A DNA stretch of 62,776 nucleotides, counting the filler, from Chiloscyllium plagiosum (lineage: Eukaryota): NCBI RefSeq assembly GCF_004010195.1. It is 4 parts of one record of this genome, joined end to end, with 100 filler letters (N's around TTAATTAATTAA, not from the genome) between each part and the next. Parts side by side here need not be neighbours in the genome. Positions count along the whole stretch, not along the records: positions 28,268 to 47,934 come from NC_057716.1; positions 48,035 to 56,834 come from NC_057716.1; 2 more parts are not named here. One strand, 5' to 3'. The notes beneath the pieces are model-generated. The model was not told where the DNA came from and searched no databases. It was given only the letters and a program-made list of their open reading frames with translations. A program made the position numbers and the translations under genes. Below are positions 38,611-51,877 of the stretch, one piece after another. Positions within the stretch are counted from its first letter, which is position 1, and every line of letters begins with the position of its first letter.

Positions 38611-41544
38611 CAAAATCAGAAATTGATGGAGAAACTCAGCAGGTTAGGCACATTCTGTGCTGAGAAAACAGAATTAAGATTTTGGGTCCAGTGAACCTTC
38701 TTCAGAACTAGTAGTGCCTAGGGAAAAGGTGAGGATGGGGAAAGGTATAGGGTAACGAAGTAAGCAATAGGAGGTGATGGACCCTGGAGGGAATGAAAGA
38801 CAGAGGGACAATAATGGTAAGAAGGGGGAGGGGGGGGGAGAAAGAAATACTACAAATTGGAATAAAAAATAAGTGAAAATGGGTTGACTGTGCTACAAGC
38901 AGCCCACAAGAGTCTTAGGGTGTGGGGATGGGTAAAAGACAAGAATGAAAGTGTTCAGGCCGTAAAATTATTGAACTCAATATTGTAACCTGAAGGCTGG
39001 AGAACCTCAAAGGAAAAATCATATGCTGTTCTTCCAGCTTGTACTGAGCTTTGCTGGAGCATTACAGCAGCCCAAGAAAGGGAACCTGGTGGTGTGTTGA
39101 GGTGGAAGGCAACATGAAGCTCAGGATCATTTTTGCATTCAGAACGTACATGTTCCGCAAAATGGTCGCTAGTCTGTTTTCGTGTCCCAGTGTAGAGGAG
39201 ATCACATTGTTATCAGCGAGTACAGCGGACTAGATTGAGTGAAATGCAGGGAAATCACTGATTCACCTGGAAGTTGTGTTTGGAGCTTTGGATACTGAGG
39301 AGGAAGGAAGTAAACAAGCAGGTGTTACATTTTCTGTGATAACGTGGAAAGGTACCATGGGAATGTAGGAAGATGTTGGGAATGGAGGAGGAGTATACCA
39401 GGGTGTCCCGGAAGGATCCTGCAGAAGGCTGACAGGGAATAAGATATGGTGGCAGCCCATTGGGTTTGGTGGAAATGCCAGAATCTGGGAGAGTATATTG
39501 TATTTGTTCTGAAGATGCCAGAGGGGACATCAGAAATATCCACCTTTTTCCTCAACCAAGGATTTCTCCGCACTGTGATTGACAGTGCCTGCAGCAGGGT
39601 CTGACCCACTAATGCCCTCATCCCCTCTCTTCCCTCCCACCACAATGATAGGGTTCCCTTCATTCTCACTTTCCATCTCACCAGTTTCTGAATCCATAGG
39701 ATCATTAGCTGCCATTTCTGCCACCTCCAGCAGGATGCCTCCACCAAACACTTACTCACCTCCCCTCCCTTGTCAGGCTTCCATAGGGACTGATCCCTCT
39801 GGGACACCTTGGTCCACTCCTCCTTCACCCCCAACATCACTCCTCACCCCCGTGGCATCTTCCCATGCAATCCTCCTCACTATCTAAAGCCCAAGACACA
39901 CCTCCCAATTGAAGCAACAACTTACCTGCACTTCACTCAATCTAATCCACTGTGTTCACCACTCACAATGTGGTCTAATGCAGGCCTGGTGATCTTTTGC
40001 AAAACATCAGTGTTCTGTCTGCGAAAATGATTCTGAGCTTCCAGTTCCCTGTCACTTCAACACATTAACCTGCCCCCCAGCTAATATCTCCGCCTCAGGC
40101 CTGCTGCAGTTCCTAGCTTAGCTCAGCGCAACTAGAAAAACAGAATCTCATTTCCTGCTGGCCAACTCTACAGTCTTCTGGACTCAATATTGAGTTCAAT
40201 AACTATAAGTCCTGAATACCTTCTTCCATGTCATCTACTCACCCCAACATCCCAGGCCCCCTGTTATCACATGGGCTGCCAACCCATTATGAAGCAATCA
40301 TCCCAAAACCATCAATCGAAGCTGCATTAGAACATTATTTCAATGAACGACCATACACCGCAGCACAATGGGACTATGAAGAGCAGAGGAAAATCACTGA
40401 TACAGTGTATTCAAAAAGAATGGGTACCCAATGAAAACAGTCTCTCCCCTACATCAAAGACATCTTGGAAATGACTGCCAGACTAATCAGACGCCTTGGC
40501 ATCATGGTAGCCCACAAACCCACCAACAAACCAAAACAGCAGCTAATGAACTTGAAAGACCCTATACAAACAACAAGCAAAACTAATATAATTTACAAAA
40601 TACCGTGCAAGAACTGTAACAAACACCACATTGGACAAACAGGCAGAAAACTAGTCACCAGGATACATGAACATCAACTAGCCATACAAAGACATGACCC
40701 ACTCTCACTAGCATCCTTACATACAGATGTGGAAGGACACCACTTCGGCTAGGACAACACATCCATCCTAGGACAAGACAAACAGAGACACTCACGAGAA
40801 TTCCTAGAAGCATGGCATTCTAACTGGAACTCTATCAACAACAACACATTGACTTGGATCCCATTTACCATCCCCTGAGAGAAAGAACAGCAAATGACAT
40901 CACCACAGGAAATGACATCCTGTTAGGCCACCCAAGGAGGCCTAAACATATAAATAGAAAGTGGGCCATACCACCAGTGCTTCATCCGGAGGTTCACTGA
41001 TGATGTTACCAAGTATAGTGACAAAACGTCTGAAAACAAACCTTCCCGCTCACGAGCAAACCTACACCCAGAGCCTCAACCTGAACTACAAGTCTTCTCA
41101 AAACTCGCTAGCTACTTATGGTCCCCATTAGTAGTGTTTCTTTCTCCCTGGCTTACTATTATCCAAGGCTTTATCTGCCTAACTGTCTTTATCTCCCTTT
41201 GGGTTCCATCTCCTTCTAGATGGAAGTGGGTACTGCAGATACTGGAGATTAGAGTCAAAATTAGAATGGTGCTGGAAAAGCACAGCAGATCTGGCAGCAT
41301 CCGAGGAGCAGGAAAATCGACATTTTGGGCAAAAGCAACCGTTTCCTTCTACTACATGCTCCTTCACCACCATCCTTGTCCCACCATCCCCCTCCACCTT
41401 ATTGCTTTCAGCATATGTACAACTTTGTCCAAGCTGCTATTACTTTTGAAGTAGGATTATTGGACCCAAAACATTAACTCTGCTGAGTTTCTCCAGCAAT
41501 TTTTGCTTTTGTTTCAGATTTCCAGTATCTGCAGCTGTTTGTTT
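38611..41544. mobile_element. Compound PLE (type C) in inverted configuration, hosting later PLE insertions
   Basis: Minus arm ~38611-39510 and plus arm ~39515-41544; imperfect flanking repeat taattttaacatgtt/taatttgaacttgtt (13/15). Confidence 0.7.
40298..41110 (+). mobile_element. Penelope-like element type B 3' part (GIY-YIG endonuclease plus terminal repeat)
   Basis: ORF contains IYKIPCKNCNKHHIGQTGRKLVTRIHEH; degenerate hammerhead at 40994-41033. Confidence 0.88.
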
Positions 41545-42719
41545 TAATTTGAACTTGTTGATTTCTTTGATTTTGGGTTACTTTTGATATGGCTTCTTTA
41601 TTGTTGTATTCATTGTCACCAATTATAAAGTTAAATATCAAATATGATTCTTTAAGCATCTCATCAACTTGTCCTCCCACTTTCAAGGATTTGGAAATAT
41701 GCAACTCCATGTATCTCTGCTCTTGCATGCTCTTGAAAACAATCTAAATTATTCTGTTTCTCCAAATGGTTCCTCTCTAATTGCATCACTTCACATTTAT
41801 CTACATTGCCCCTGCCATCTGTTGTCCATTTCACTAAGTCTATTTCCTTCTGGTTTCTGCTACAGCTTTACTCATTGTTACAATCCTGATACAGAAAGGA
41901 ATCCATAGGGAAAAAAACTGATTATCAAGGTTTCACTTTTAAAACTACTGTAACAAACCAACTAAAATTAATGTAATTTAAACACTGGTTTACAGGTGAA
42001 GGATGTTTCAGATAAAAAGGTATATTTCTCTTCTAATATTCAATACAGCAAAGATACATCTGATAGCTATAAGCACTCACATAATGTCCCACACAAAATG
42101 GGGGCATGGCGAGGGTGGTGCAGATGTAGGGAGCACTACATATAATCTCACAGTTTTCCCAAATCATTTTCCATTTTGTAGGATCTCTCACTTTTCATCT
42201 AATCTTTTTGGCCATTGAGATGAATTCACCAGCAGCTGTGCTCAATTCAAAGTTCCTGGACACAGTTAACATCAGCAGGCATCTGAATGTGAACCCTCCT
42301 TCTCTCTCTCTCGGCATAATTGTACAAAACACACAGAATTCTCAGAGACTCACAGCTCTAATGGTCTGGTTAGCTCTTAGAACAGTAGAACAGTTGCCGT
42401 AGGATGTGTCCAATCCAGTGCCAATGCACCTTCTTTTCTTCAGTGTTTTGTTCTTTCCAGCTGTATAACCTGCAGAGTAATACAGTCACAGTCAAACATA
42501 AACTGATTCCAATCAGACAGGATCTTGCTTATTTCCCCATCACATAAATTCTCAATTTTGACTGACCTATGAAACAGCAAACCAAGAAATCCAACACAAC
42601 TGAAATTCGTTTTCTGTTTTTCCCTTTCCTTCATAGCTGTTTATGCAATCCTGAGTCATAGAAGCACTTGTTGTATCATAATGGTGTCACAATCAGGAAA
42701 CCGACTCACCCTCTTTCAG

Positions 42720-43850
42720 AATATTAGAACAAAGGAATATCAGAAAAGGAACAGGTTATTCAGCCCATCGAGCTTGACCTACCATTCAATATGATCATGG
42801 CTGATTAAATGCTTCAATGCCTTTTGATCCACCTCATTTCTATAACCATGCAAACTATTGGTAATCAGACATCCATCAATTTCTGCCTTACGTGTACTCA
42901 GAGACTGAGCTCCCATACCCAATTTAGTGGGGAATTCCGAAGGTTTGCCACCTTCTGATTGAAAAAGATTCTCCTCATCTCAGACCGTCATAATTTCCCT
43001 TAGTCAAATTTAACACCCCTGCTTTAAAATGAACGACTTCACCTTCAAACATAACTTAATTCTATCATATTGGTCACTCGTTCCTTGATGTTCTCTTACA
43101 ACAAGCTTGTTAATTAGTCCTTATTCACTGCGTAATACTAGATTTAAAATAGCATATTTTCTAGTCAGCTCCTCGACTACTGTTTTAGAAAACCACCCAA
43201 AACCACCCAGAAACTCTTCCTCCATGGCTTTAGTGCTCAATGGCTTACCCAGTGTATATACAAATTACCCATGATAACTTTGTTGCCCCTATTACAAGCT
43301 TTTCTCATTTCCTGATTAATACAATGCCCAAACTACCACTATCATTGGTGGTCTATAAATAAATCCAGCCAGTGAACTGCTGCCTCTTGCTGTTTCTAAA
43401 TTCCACCCAGACATATTCCCCAGTGTTCTTCTGAACTGCGATCCTCCCTTACTAAACATTGAGCCCATCCTTTATTATCAGCGCAACTTTATTTCCTTTT
43501 CCTTCTTGTCATCCCTTCCCAAACATTGAGTATCCATGAGTAATCAGTTCCCTGTCCTACTTACTGTACATCCATGTTTCTGTAATGGCAATTAGGTCAA
43601 ACCCACCATTTTCATCAGTCCACTTTGTTTTTAAAGGAACATTGCAAGACAGAAATTACAAGACTTCTAAAGCTCGTTATCACATGAATCTCTTGCACAT
43701 TGCCAAGCTTTGCATTACATACAAATCTCGACTTTGTACTTTTGTACTCAAGTCCAGTTTACTTATATGCAACAAGAAGAACAGTGATCCCTGTATCATT
43801 CCCAAGGGGATCTCTCTCCATTGATTGCTCCAGTCTTCAAAGTGTGATCG
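42720..43850 (-). mobile_element. Old CR1 fragments
   Basis: Reverse-strand CR1 3'UTR and degraded endonuclease/RT-like sequence. Confidence 0.6.
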
Positions 43851-44629
43851 AGAGCTTCTGATTCCTTACTATTTTAATTTGGATCTTGTTCTTACACTGA
43901 TGTTTCTTTTCTTGGCCTCTTGTTATTTCCGCTGAAGTTCTGTACAAGCGCAAGAAGCAACAGTTCTTCTGTTTCAGCAATTAGTGGCCTCTGGACTCAA
44001 TAGTGAGTTCAACAATTTCGGATCATGATCTTGTCTTCCATTTTTGATTTCTTTTTGCCATGTGCTGTTCTTAATCTTGTTTTATATGTTTTATTTTTGG
44101 ACAAAGCTGTTATTATTCTGCCATTCACTCTGGACAAATACTTGTTTCTTTTCAGTGAACATTACCATTCCCTTTGCCTTTTCCTTCATGATACCTTTGT
44201 CATTTAATTTTCTCTAACCTCCACCCTATCTATGACATTTCTACTTAGCTTCAGTACTGAGAAAGAGACATATTTGTCTCAAAATGTCTAGTCTGTTTCT
44301 CTTTCCACAGATCTGCCAGACCTGTTGAATATTTCCAGCAATTAGAATTTCAGAGTTCCAGCATTCACAGTATATTGTTTTGATATTATATTAATCTTAT
44401 CCACAGGGGGATTTGTTAACTTGGTGTAATGTTACCTCTATTTAGTATTTCAGTTAAAAACAGAATTACAATTTATAGGGACAACAAGAGAGTAGAGTTG
44501 AAGTTTATTTTTTAAAGTGATTGGAAATGGATAACGATGTTTCTGATTTCAGTTCTGGAGTAACTTCTGTTTGTTATGTTTGGCAATGATTTACATAGTG
44601 ACATGGAAAGAGAGAATATCGTATTTATA

Positions 44630-45140
44630 GTGGACAGGAAGGATGTATTGGCCCTGGAGCGGTTTCAGAGGTGGTTCACGAGAATTGTCCCAGGAATGAA
44701 AAGCTTGACATATGAAGAACGTTTGAGGACTCTGGGAAGATACTCAATGGAGTTTAGAAGTATATGGGAGGATCTAATTGAAACTTACAGAATACTGAAT
44801 GGCCTGGACAGAGCATATGTTGGGAAGGTGTTTCCATCGGTAGGAGAGACTAGGACAGCCTTAAAGTAAAGGGAATACTTTTAGAACGGAGATAAGGAGA
44901 AACTTCTTCAGCCAGAGAGTGGTGAATCTAGGGAATTCACTACCACAGAAGGCTGTGGACACCAGATCATTGAGTATATTTAAGATAGAGATGGATAGAT
45001 TCTTGATTGTCAATGGGGATTGAGGATTACAGGAAGAAAGTGGGAGAATGGGGTTGAGAAACTTATCAGCCATGATTGAATGGCAGAGCAGACTTGATGG
45101 GCTGAATGGCCCAGTTTCTGCTCCTGTGTCTTATGGTCAA
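44630..45140 (+). mobile_element. CR1 3' fragment
   Basis: RKDVLALERFQRWFTR..PGM..LTYEERL; 3'UTR ends gtcttatggtc. Confidence 0.88.
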
Positions 45141-45559
45141 AGTGGAAGTTATAGCTAATTCTTTGGAAAATCAAAAGAATGTTAATACAATGGTTAAATT
45201 ATCTGAAATAGAATTTGATGTTACTGTGAGGTGATGCATATTAATAAGAAAAGATAACGGATTGTAACAGGACCTCCTGCAGCGGATGGCGATGGTGAAA
45301 GAGGCCAGCTGGAGCAGTTGAATGGACACTCTCTGAGGAAAGGGCTATCTCTGGGGGAAGGAGGACTGATGGGAAGAAGCAGCAGAGAGACAAGTAGGAT
45401 TCCTCAATCTCATGTGAGCTATCCTGGTTGATCCTGCCCAAGAGATGCTCCAAAGATGTGCTGGAATTGTGATATGGCTGGACACTTCCAACGAGTCTGC
45501 ATTCAACAACCATGGTCGCTATTGACATCAGACATAATAACCCATCCAGTACAATAGTC

Positions 45560-47340
45560 TTCTCACCAAACATTAAACTAGTTGGCTTCCCACCAAGAGC
45601 CAGGCAAGGAGTAAACTTCCTTTTAGAAGGTGTTCACTCTTACTTAAAGTAAAGGGGACTTGCCTTACAATGAATGTGAAATTTAACAAGGCCCAAACTG
45701 ACACAGGAGTGGAGGTGTCAACCACTCCTCACCAGCTTATTTGTGAACATCTTGGTAAGGATTGAGATCTGACTGATGCCTCTTCCCTCATCCAGGTCAA
45801 TGTTTCACAGGGGTCAGGCATCCCCTATCACATCTACACTAAGTTGTCCCATTCTGTCCTCAATCACACTTTCCATAGCCTGGGATTTCTGATAGTCTGT
45901 GAACTAATCCATACTTCAATGGAAGCAAGGAAGTTGAGAATAACCATGTTATTGGGATTGAATATTAGTTAAGAGATATCTGGATATCCTTGTAAAGCTT
46001 GGACAGTGACTAATTTGACCAGCACATTACAAGGGGCATAGGAGCTTTCTGATCTTGCACCATACATAAGAGGTTCTAGTGTATGGGACACTAGAACTGC
46101 TTGAATAGCATGGTATTGGGCTGTTCGACTGCCTGCCTGCACCAGCACTAGTCCCCAGTGGGTCCATCAGACCTTGTTAGAATCACATGTATCACATGTA
46201 GTAGAGCACCTCCTTGTTGTAACTTTGGGAGCTGCTCTTATTACTGTGATAAGAAAAAGGTAAGTACCCATGTAGATTGCCAATTTCAGCAACAAAGATA
46301 TGTATTCCCAATCCAGAATGCACATAAGTGTCCTTAAATGTGCCTGGACCAACTGGAGAAGCAATCTGTAACTTTGTTTCAAAGATGGACATTAGCAGGT
46401 TGGAGGAGGCCCGGGGAAGCAGCTTGTTTCTACCCTCACAAAGAACAGGACAACTTTCAGTAAAGATGATGATAACATTGGGTATGGTGACCTATTAAAC
46501 CACAGGATTGTGACTAAAGGTGACCATTCAAAAAAGATTCCTTACCATCAGATCCCATCGCATCACTGGGAGGACCACCTGGCAACTACCTGCAGGTGTC
46601 TTTGGACCAAAGTGCCATCAAGATCATCAAGTCTGTACTCGCACATCATCCCTCATGAAGATGAAAGACAGAGAACTGAGAATGTAGGTCAATTATTGGA
46701 CACTCAACTCAAAACGTCATAAGGAAGTTTACCCTCTTTTTAAGACTGAGGAAGCAGTGCAAGCTCTTGAAGGTACCAAGTATTTCTACCAACCCATTAC
46801 AACCCATAGCTACCCATTAATGAGGAAGGCTATGAAAAGATGCTACCTTATAAAGGCAATAGGAGATTTTATAAATAGGCAAGAATGTCCTTCTGGTTCT
46901 GTAATCCCTTGTCATTTCATGCATGTGTTAAAGTGTTTTGATGACCTGAATTTCCAGTGCCTCATGGTGTATCTGGACAATATACTCACTTTCAACTCAT
47001 TATTCAAGGAGGCTGCTGCAAGAGTAGACACTGTGTTAATCTACTTTTTGCAGCTTAACTTGCAAGTCAATTCAGAGAAGTGCCAACTTTGACAAAGGTA
47101 TAGTTACCTTGGGCTCTTAGTTAGCAAGGAAAAAATCTGACCAGTAGAAGAATAGGTCCAACATAAGATAGGTGGGGAATTTCATGGGTTACATGGTCTA
47201 GCTGGTTCCTATAAGAAGTTTATTCAAGACTGTGCACTATTGACTGCTCCACTGCATAATTTACTGAGAAGTGGTTGGCAAAGGCGGTACCAGATGTTAT
47301 ACTTTACAGAGGTTGCACTCCTTTTTGCACTCACAAGCAG
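45560..47340 (+). mobile_element. Degraded Gypsy/Ty3 LTR-retrotransposon pol relic
   Basis: Protease-like TDTGVEVST (~45697); RT CLMVYLDNIL...NSEKCQL; GLAGSYKKFIQDCALLTAPLHNLL (~47195-47270); many stops. Confidence 0.75.
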
Positions 47341-47379
47341 AAATTTCTGTCATCATCTGTCCTTAGCTACTCCCTTTCA

Positions 47380-47752
47380 TATTGGAATACTTTGCTTTAG
47401 TATTCATTACTGAGAGTGAACTTGTTCTTTGTGAGGACAATGTGAAACAGGCTGATACGCTCGAACAGATTGATGTTAAGATAATGGATAAGTCCCCAGG
47501 CCAGATGGGATCAATCCAAGGTTACTACGGGAAGTGGGGAAGAGATTGCTGTGCATTTGGCGATGATCTTTGTGTCTGCACTGTCCATTGGAGTAGTACC
47601 AGATGATTGGAGGGTGGCGATTGTTATCGCCTTATACAAGAAAGGGAATAGGGATAACTCTGGGAATTACAGATCAGTCAGTCTTACTTTGTTGGTGGGC
47701 AAATTATTGGAGAGGATTCTGAGAGACAGGATTTATGATTATTTGGAAAAGC
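47380..47752 (+). mobile_element. CR1 ORF2 fragment
   Basis: VPDDWRVA..YKKG..GNYRSVSLT. Confidence 0.85.
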
Positions 47753-47772
47753 TTTGTGAGGAACAGATCATA

Positions 47773-47934
47773 GTTGAAAAAATGTGGGGCTGGAAAAACA
47801 CAGCAGGCTAGGCAACATCCGAGGAGCAGGAGAATCAACATTTCGGGTATAAGCCCTTCTTCAGGAATGAGGCTGGTATGCCAAGTGGGCTGAGATAGAA
47901 GATAGGGGAGAAGGGAATTTGGGGGAGGGGCGCT
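47773..47934 (-). mobile_element. PLE terminal repeat (type A), truncated by a gap
   Basis: Reverse complement of 1-292 type sequence, with a degenerate hammerhead at ~47836-47865. Confidence 0.8.
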
Positions 47935-48034
47935 NNNNNNNNNNNNNNNNNNNNNNNNNNNNNNNNNNNNNNNNNNNNTTAATTAATTAANNNNNNNNNN
48001 NNNNNNNNNNNNNNNNNNNNNNNNNNNNNNNNNN
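47935..48034. other. Artificial 100-bp scaffold join
   Basis: 44N-TTAATTAATTAA-44N. Confidence 0.95.
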
Positions 48035-48247
48035 GCCAAAGATTTTTCATGCCCTCTCTTAGCTCTCCTAATCCCTTTCTTCAGCTCCCTTCTGGCTATC
48101 CTGTATCCCTCCAACGCTCTGTCTGAACCTTGTTTCCTCAACCTTATGTAAGCCTCCTTCTTCCTCTTTACAAGACATTCAACCTCCCTCGTCAACCAAG
48201 GTTCCTTCACCCGACCATCTCTTTCCTGCCTGACAGGTACATACATT
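48035..48247 (-). mobile_element. CR1 ORF2 fragment
   Basis: EPWLTREVECLVKRKKEAY...IRRAKR. Confidence 0.85.
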
Positions 48248-51189
48248 GGAAGATGCCAAGATAAATGGGCAGTCGTGTTGGGTTAGGAAAATGTTTGATG
48301 GCAGCAATTATATAAAAAGAAATGCAAAAATCTCAATACTCAGCGCAGCATTTGGTTATGAATAAAAATGACCTTATGATAAACTAAATGCGGATAAATT
48401 GCATCAAAAGATTTTGTTCTGCTGTATACTCACGTCTCATCACAATTTGTGGACTTGAACTTCTAACAGTATCCTACGTAACACAATATCTCTATTTGAT
48501 AAATGCTGTATTAAAGCTACATTTTTTAAATACAAGTGCCGGATTGTGAACAAATTGAATCTGTCCAAGTATTGTTCTATTTCCAATAATTCTTTCTCTT
48601 GCTTCTTTTAAACCCAACTAATCTTTTCAGTTAAAAATGGACCAAAATGTCTTTTGATAAGAATATTGTTTTCCTGTTTTGTCTCCATTACATTCACACC
48701 AATTTTCAAAACACCCACAACACTCTAACAAATTTGTGTAACTCTGAGACACTTGGTAATGATTTATGTGACTGAGGGCAACCTGTGGGGCATAAGACAT
48801 ATGGTAATTTTAGGAGAAGTTTTCCAGTTAAAAGAAACTGTCTTATGGTCCAGCAAATATGGCAACTCTAATAAAAGAGAAGGTCAAATTGTGAAACCAA
48901 AGTTTCCACTAAGTAAAATAAACATCCAAATAAATCGTTGTAACATCTGTCATGTCACTCCTTCACAATATTTTCAAGATGGTTTGTTCACCTCACTGCC
49001 CCTATCTCAGAACTCTTCAATGTTGCATTATCATCCTGCAGAACTACAATATCAACTTTGTTGAACTTGTGCATATTCAGACTTAGATTGGTGAAGTTAA
49101 AATATTTAAAGGTACTTCGGATTTTTTGAGCCTTAAGTTTATCTCAACTTCTTTTAGTAAAAGAACTATTTTTGTTTTACTATATTTGTCTACATGTAAA
49201 TTCCTAGTTATAAAGAACACTGATATATTAATGTTTTTTGTCATTGCATAGTAGAATGCATGTTTACAATCACAAGTCCCCACGCAACAACTTGCCAATT
49301 TTTCTCAAGCCGTCAGTGGAACAGAAATGGTGCCTTTACTAGCTGAGTAGGACAAAATCACAAGGCATGTTGCCCTCACTCTTCTCATATACGTCCGTAG
49401 ATGGTCATAAAGTAGAAGTGCAGACATCTGGGAGTGGATGGTCTGCTTGCACATGGCTGTGAAATGGAAAAAAGAAAATAAGTAGATGTGTTCTTTTACA
49501 TGAACTACTGCAGAACTGAAGTTGTCAAAAAGACTGCAGGAAAGTGATACTACAGTTTAAAATAGCACGGAAAGCTAATTGACATCACTTTCAGACATTA
49601 CTAAGCAGTCTGGGAAGTCTGTGGTTAACTTAGCTGGTTTATAAAGTCCTTCAGTAAGATATCCAAAGCACAAACATTGAAAATGATTATACACCACGAG
49701 TTAAAAGAAAGCTTTGTAAACCACCTGACTAGAAGTTGTGTGGCAAATATCACAAATTCACAAGGGGTCTACGAACATATATTCATTTTTCTCTGCACTC
49801 AGAAATGTGCATAAAACATTGCACTTAAGCCACATTTATCAAAGAAATCATTTCTGCTGTTGATTGTATCATTAGAAAGAAACCAAATTTCAATGTGATT
49901 TATTGGGTAAGTCCTCATGAGTATAAATGAAGAAATGCTTATAATAACAGCACCTACACAAACTAACACAAGCATTTTGTTTTGTTTGTACTCATGATGA
50001 CATGTCTAGCAAATAGCATCTTGAAATAAAAAACATCTGAAATTTGGTTTCCTTTTAGTGACTTGGCAATAAATCAAACAATTTCTGCCTCACTATATTA
50101 ATCACTCTGCCACATTTCAGGCACTTACAATTGCCATTTGAAATCTGTTTTACACATAGTTGTCGGATATGTTGGCTGTAATATCTGGCATTATAAATTA
50201 TGCTAAGGTAGTGGCTGACAAAATTGCATTTGTTGAACTGATCCGTTAAGAAAAAAATTGAACCATTCTGAAATATAGTAATGGAAGTTTAAAATGAAGT
50301 CTCTAGATTTTGTTCTGCATACATTGTATGTATAAATTATATGTAAAACTTTGTGGACATTTTGAAGAACACTGAAAGTGAGTATGACTTCTTTTAATCA
50401 GTATGGTTAACATGGAGACAGGATAAAAGTCTCTCGTGGTTTCATCGCGATTCCTTTATGTTGGAATGACAAGACAACAATTGAGGTTTCAATTTCCTCA
50501 CCAATTTGGCCTATTTATTATTCAAACATGCTTTCAAACTAACTTTTAACTTAAAAGAATGGCCTCTAGTTTCCTCCTTTTATTCTTTACACATTCCCGG
50601 AAAAGGCTCATTCTGTTCTACCTGAACATTGACGTATCAACAAGATTACTTGAATTGAATCGTAATATTTCTAATCTTTGTTCTGAAACATTGCTTCAGT
50701 TTTAAAGATGTTAAAGTTAAACTTCTGCTGTTGCAGCCTTCGAACCTCCATTTACTGCGATTCATGAGAGTCATTAATTTGTGGTGCCACTCATCCCTTC
50801 CCCGAACCCACAAATACTGCAATATCTTTTTCCAGTTATTTCCAGCAGCCAGACCCCATCTATGAAAACTCAATTTTACGGAGTGCAGAATTTAGTGTGG
50901 CAGGTAGGATCCTAATGCTGCCAACCCAAACCCAGGGCCAAAAGCACTGAAACATCAACAGTGCTACTGAGTACCACAGTTGTTGTTGAGGTATTTAGAG
51001 GGCTTGGTACCTCTGAGGCGTAATCTGGAATAAGAATTGACAGGGTTGAAGGTCACAGGCAATCCTATTGAGAGACATTGAGCAGTATGGCAGGTGGCTA
51101 GAGATGTCACATTTCCATTCACTGATCTCGGCTATCTGTGTGTGGTAATTCAATGTGTTATGACATCACAGTCAGGTACTCAGGGCAAG

Positions 51190-51377
51190 ATTTCATCACT
51201 CCCATTTCTTACTCAGTGTGTTCCTTCAGAACCTCCAGACCTTCCATAGAAATACAGCCTCTCTCCTCCAACTGAAAACCTTGATTAATTCCTGAAGTAC
51301 CTCATCCAAGAACCTGAAAGCCCTCTTTCTTGTCTGGTGCGCCAACTGCAATAGCTTCTATACACAGGAAGCTTCTA
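51190..51377 (-). mobile_element. Possible Harbinger Myb/SANT-like ORF relic
   Basis: Reverse translation RAFRFLDEVLQELIKVFSWRREAVF resembles the R..RF....L..L......R...LF start of Myb/SANT-like domains. Confidence 0.4.
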
Positions 51378-51877
51378 NNNNNNNNNNNNNNNNNNNNNNN
51401 NNNNNNNNNNNNNNNNNNNNNNNNNNNNNNNNNNNNNNNNNNNNNNNNNNNNNNNNNNNNNNNNNNNNNNNNNNNNNNNNNNNNNNNNNNNNNNNNNNNN
51501 NNNNNNNNNNNNNNNNNNNNNNNNNNNNNNNNNNNNNNNNNNNNNNNNNNNNNNNNNNNNNNNNNNNNNNNNNNNNNNNNNNNNNNNNNNNNNNNNNNNN
51601 NNNNNNNNNNNNNNNNNNNNNNNNNNNNNNNNNNNNNNNNNNNNNNNNNNNNNNNNNNNNNNNNNNNNNNNNNNNNNNNNNNNNNNNNNNNNNNNNNNNN
51701 NNNNNNNNNNNNNNNNNNNNNNNNNNNNNNNNNNNNNNNNNNNNNNNNNNNNNNNNNNNNNNNNNNNNNNNNNNNNNNNNNNNNNNNNNNNNNNNNNNNN
51801 NNNNNNNNNNNNNNNNNNNNNNNNNNNNNNNNNNNNNNNNNNNNNNNNNNNNNNNNNNNNNNNNNNNNNNNNNNNNN
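51378..51877. other. Assembly gap (500 N)
   Basis: Run of N. Confidence 0.98.

Noticed and set aside
50790..50859. Resemblance of LAAGNNWKKIL to ADP-ribosylhydrolase or Myb/telobox motifs
   Set aside because: Only a few residues match and two unrelated families fit equally well; no product assigned.
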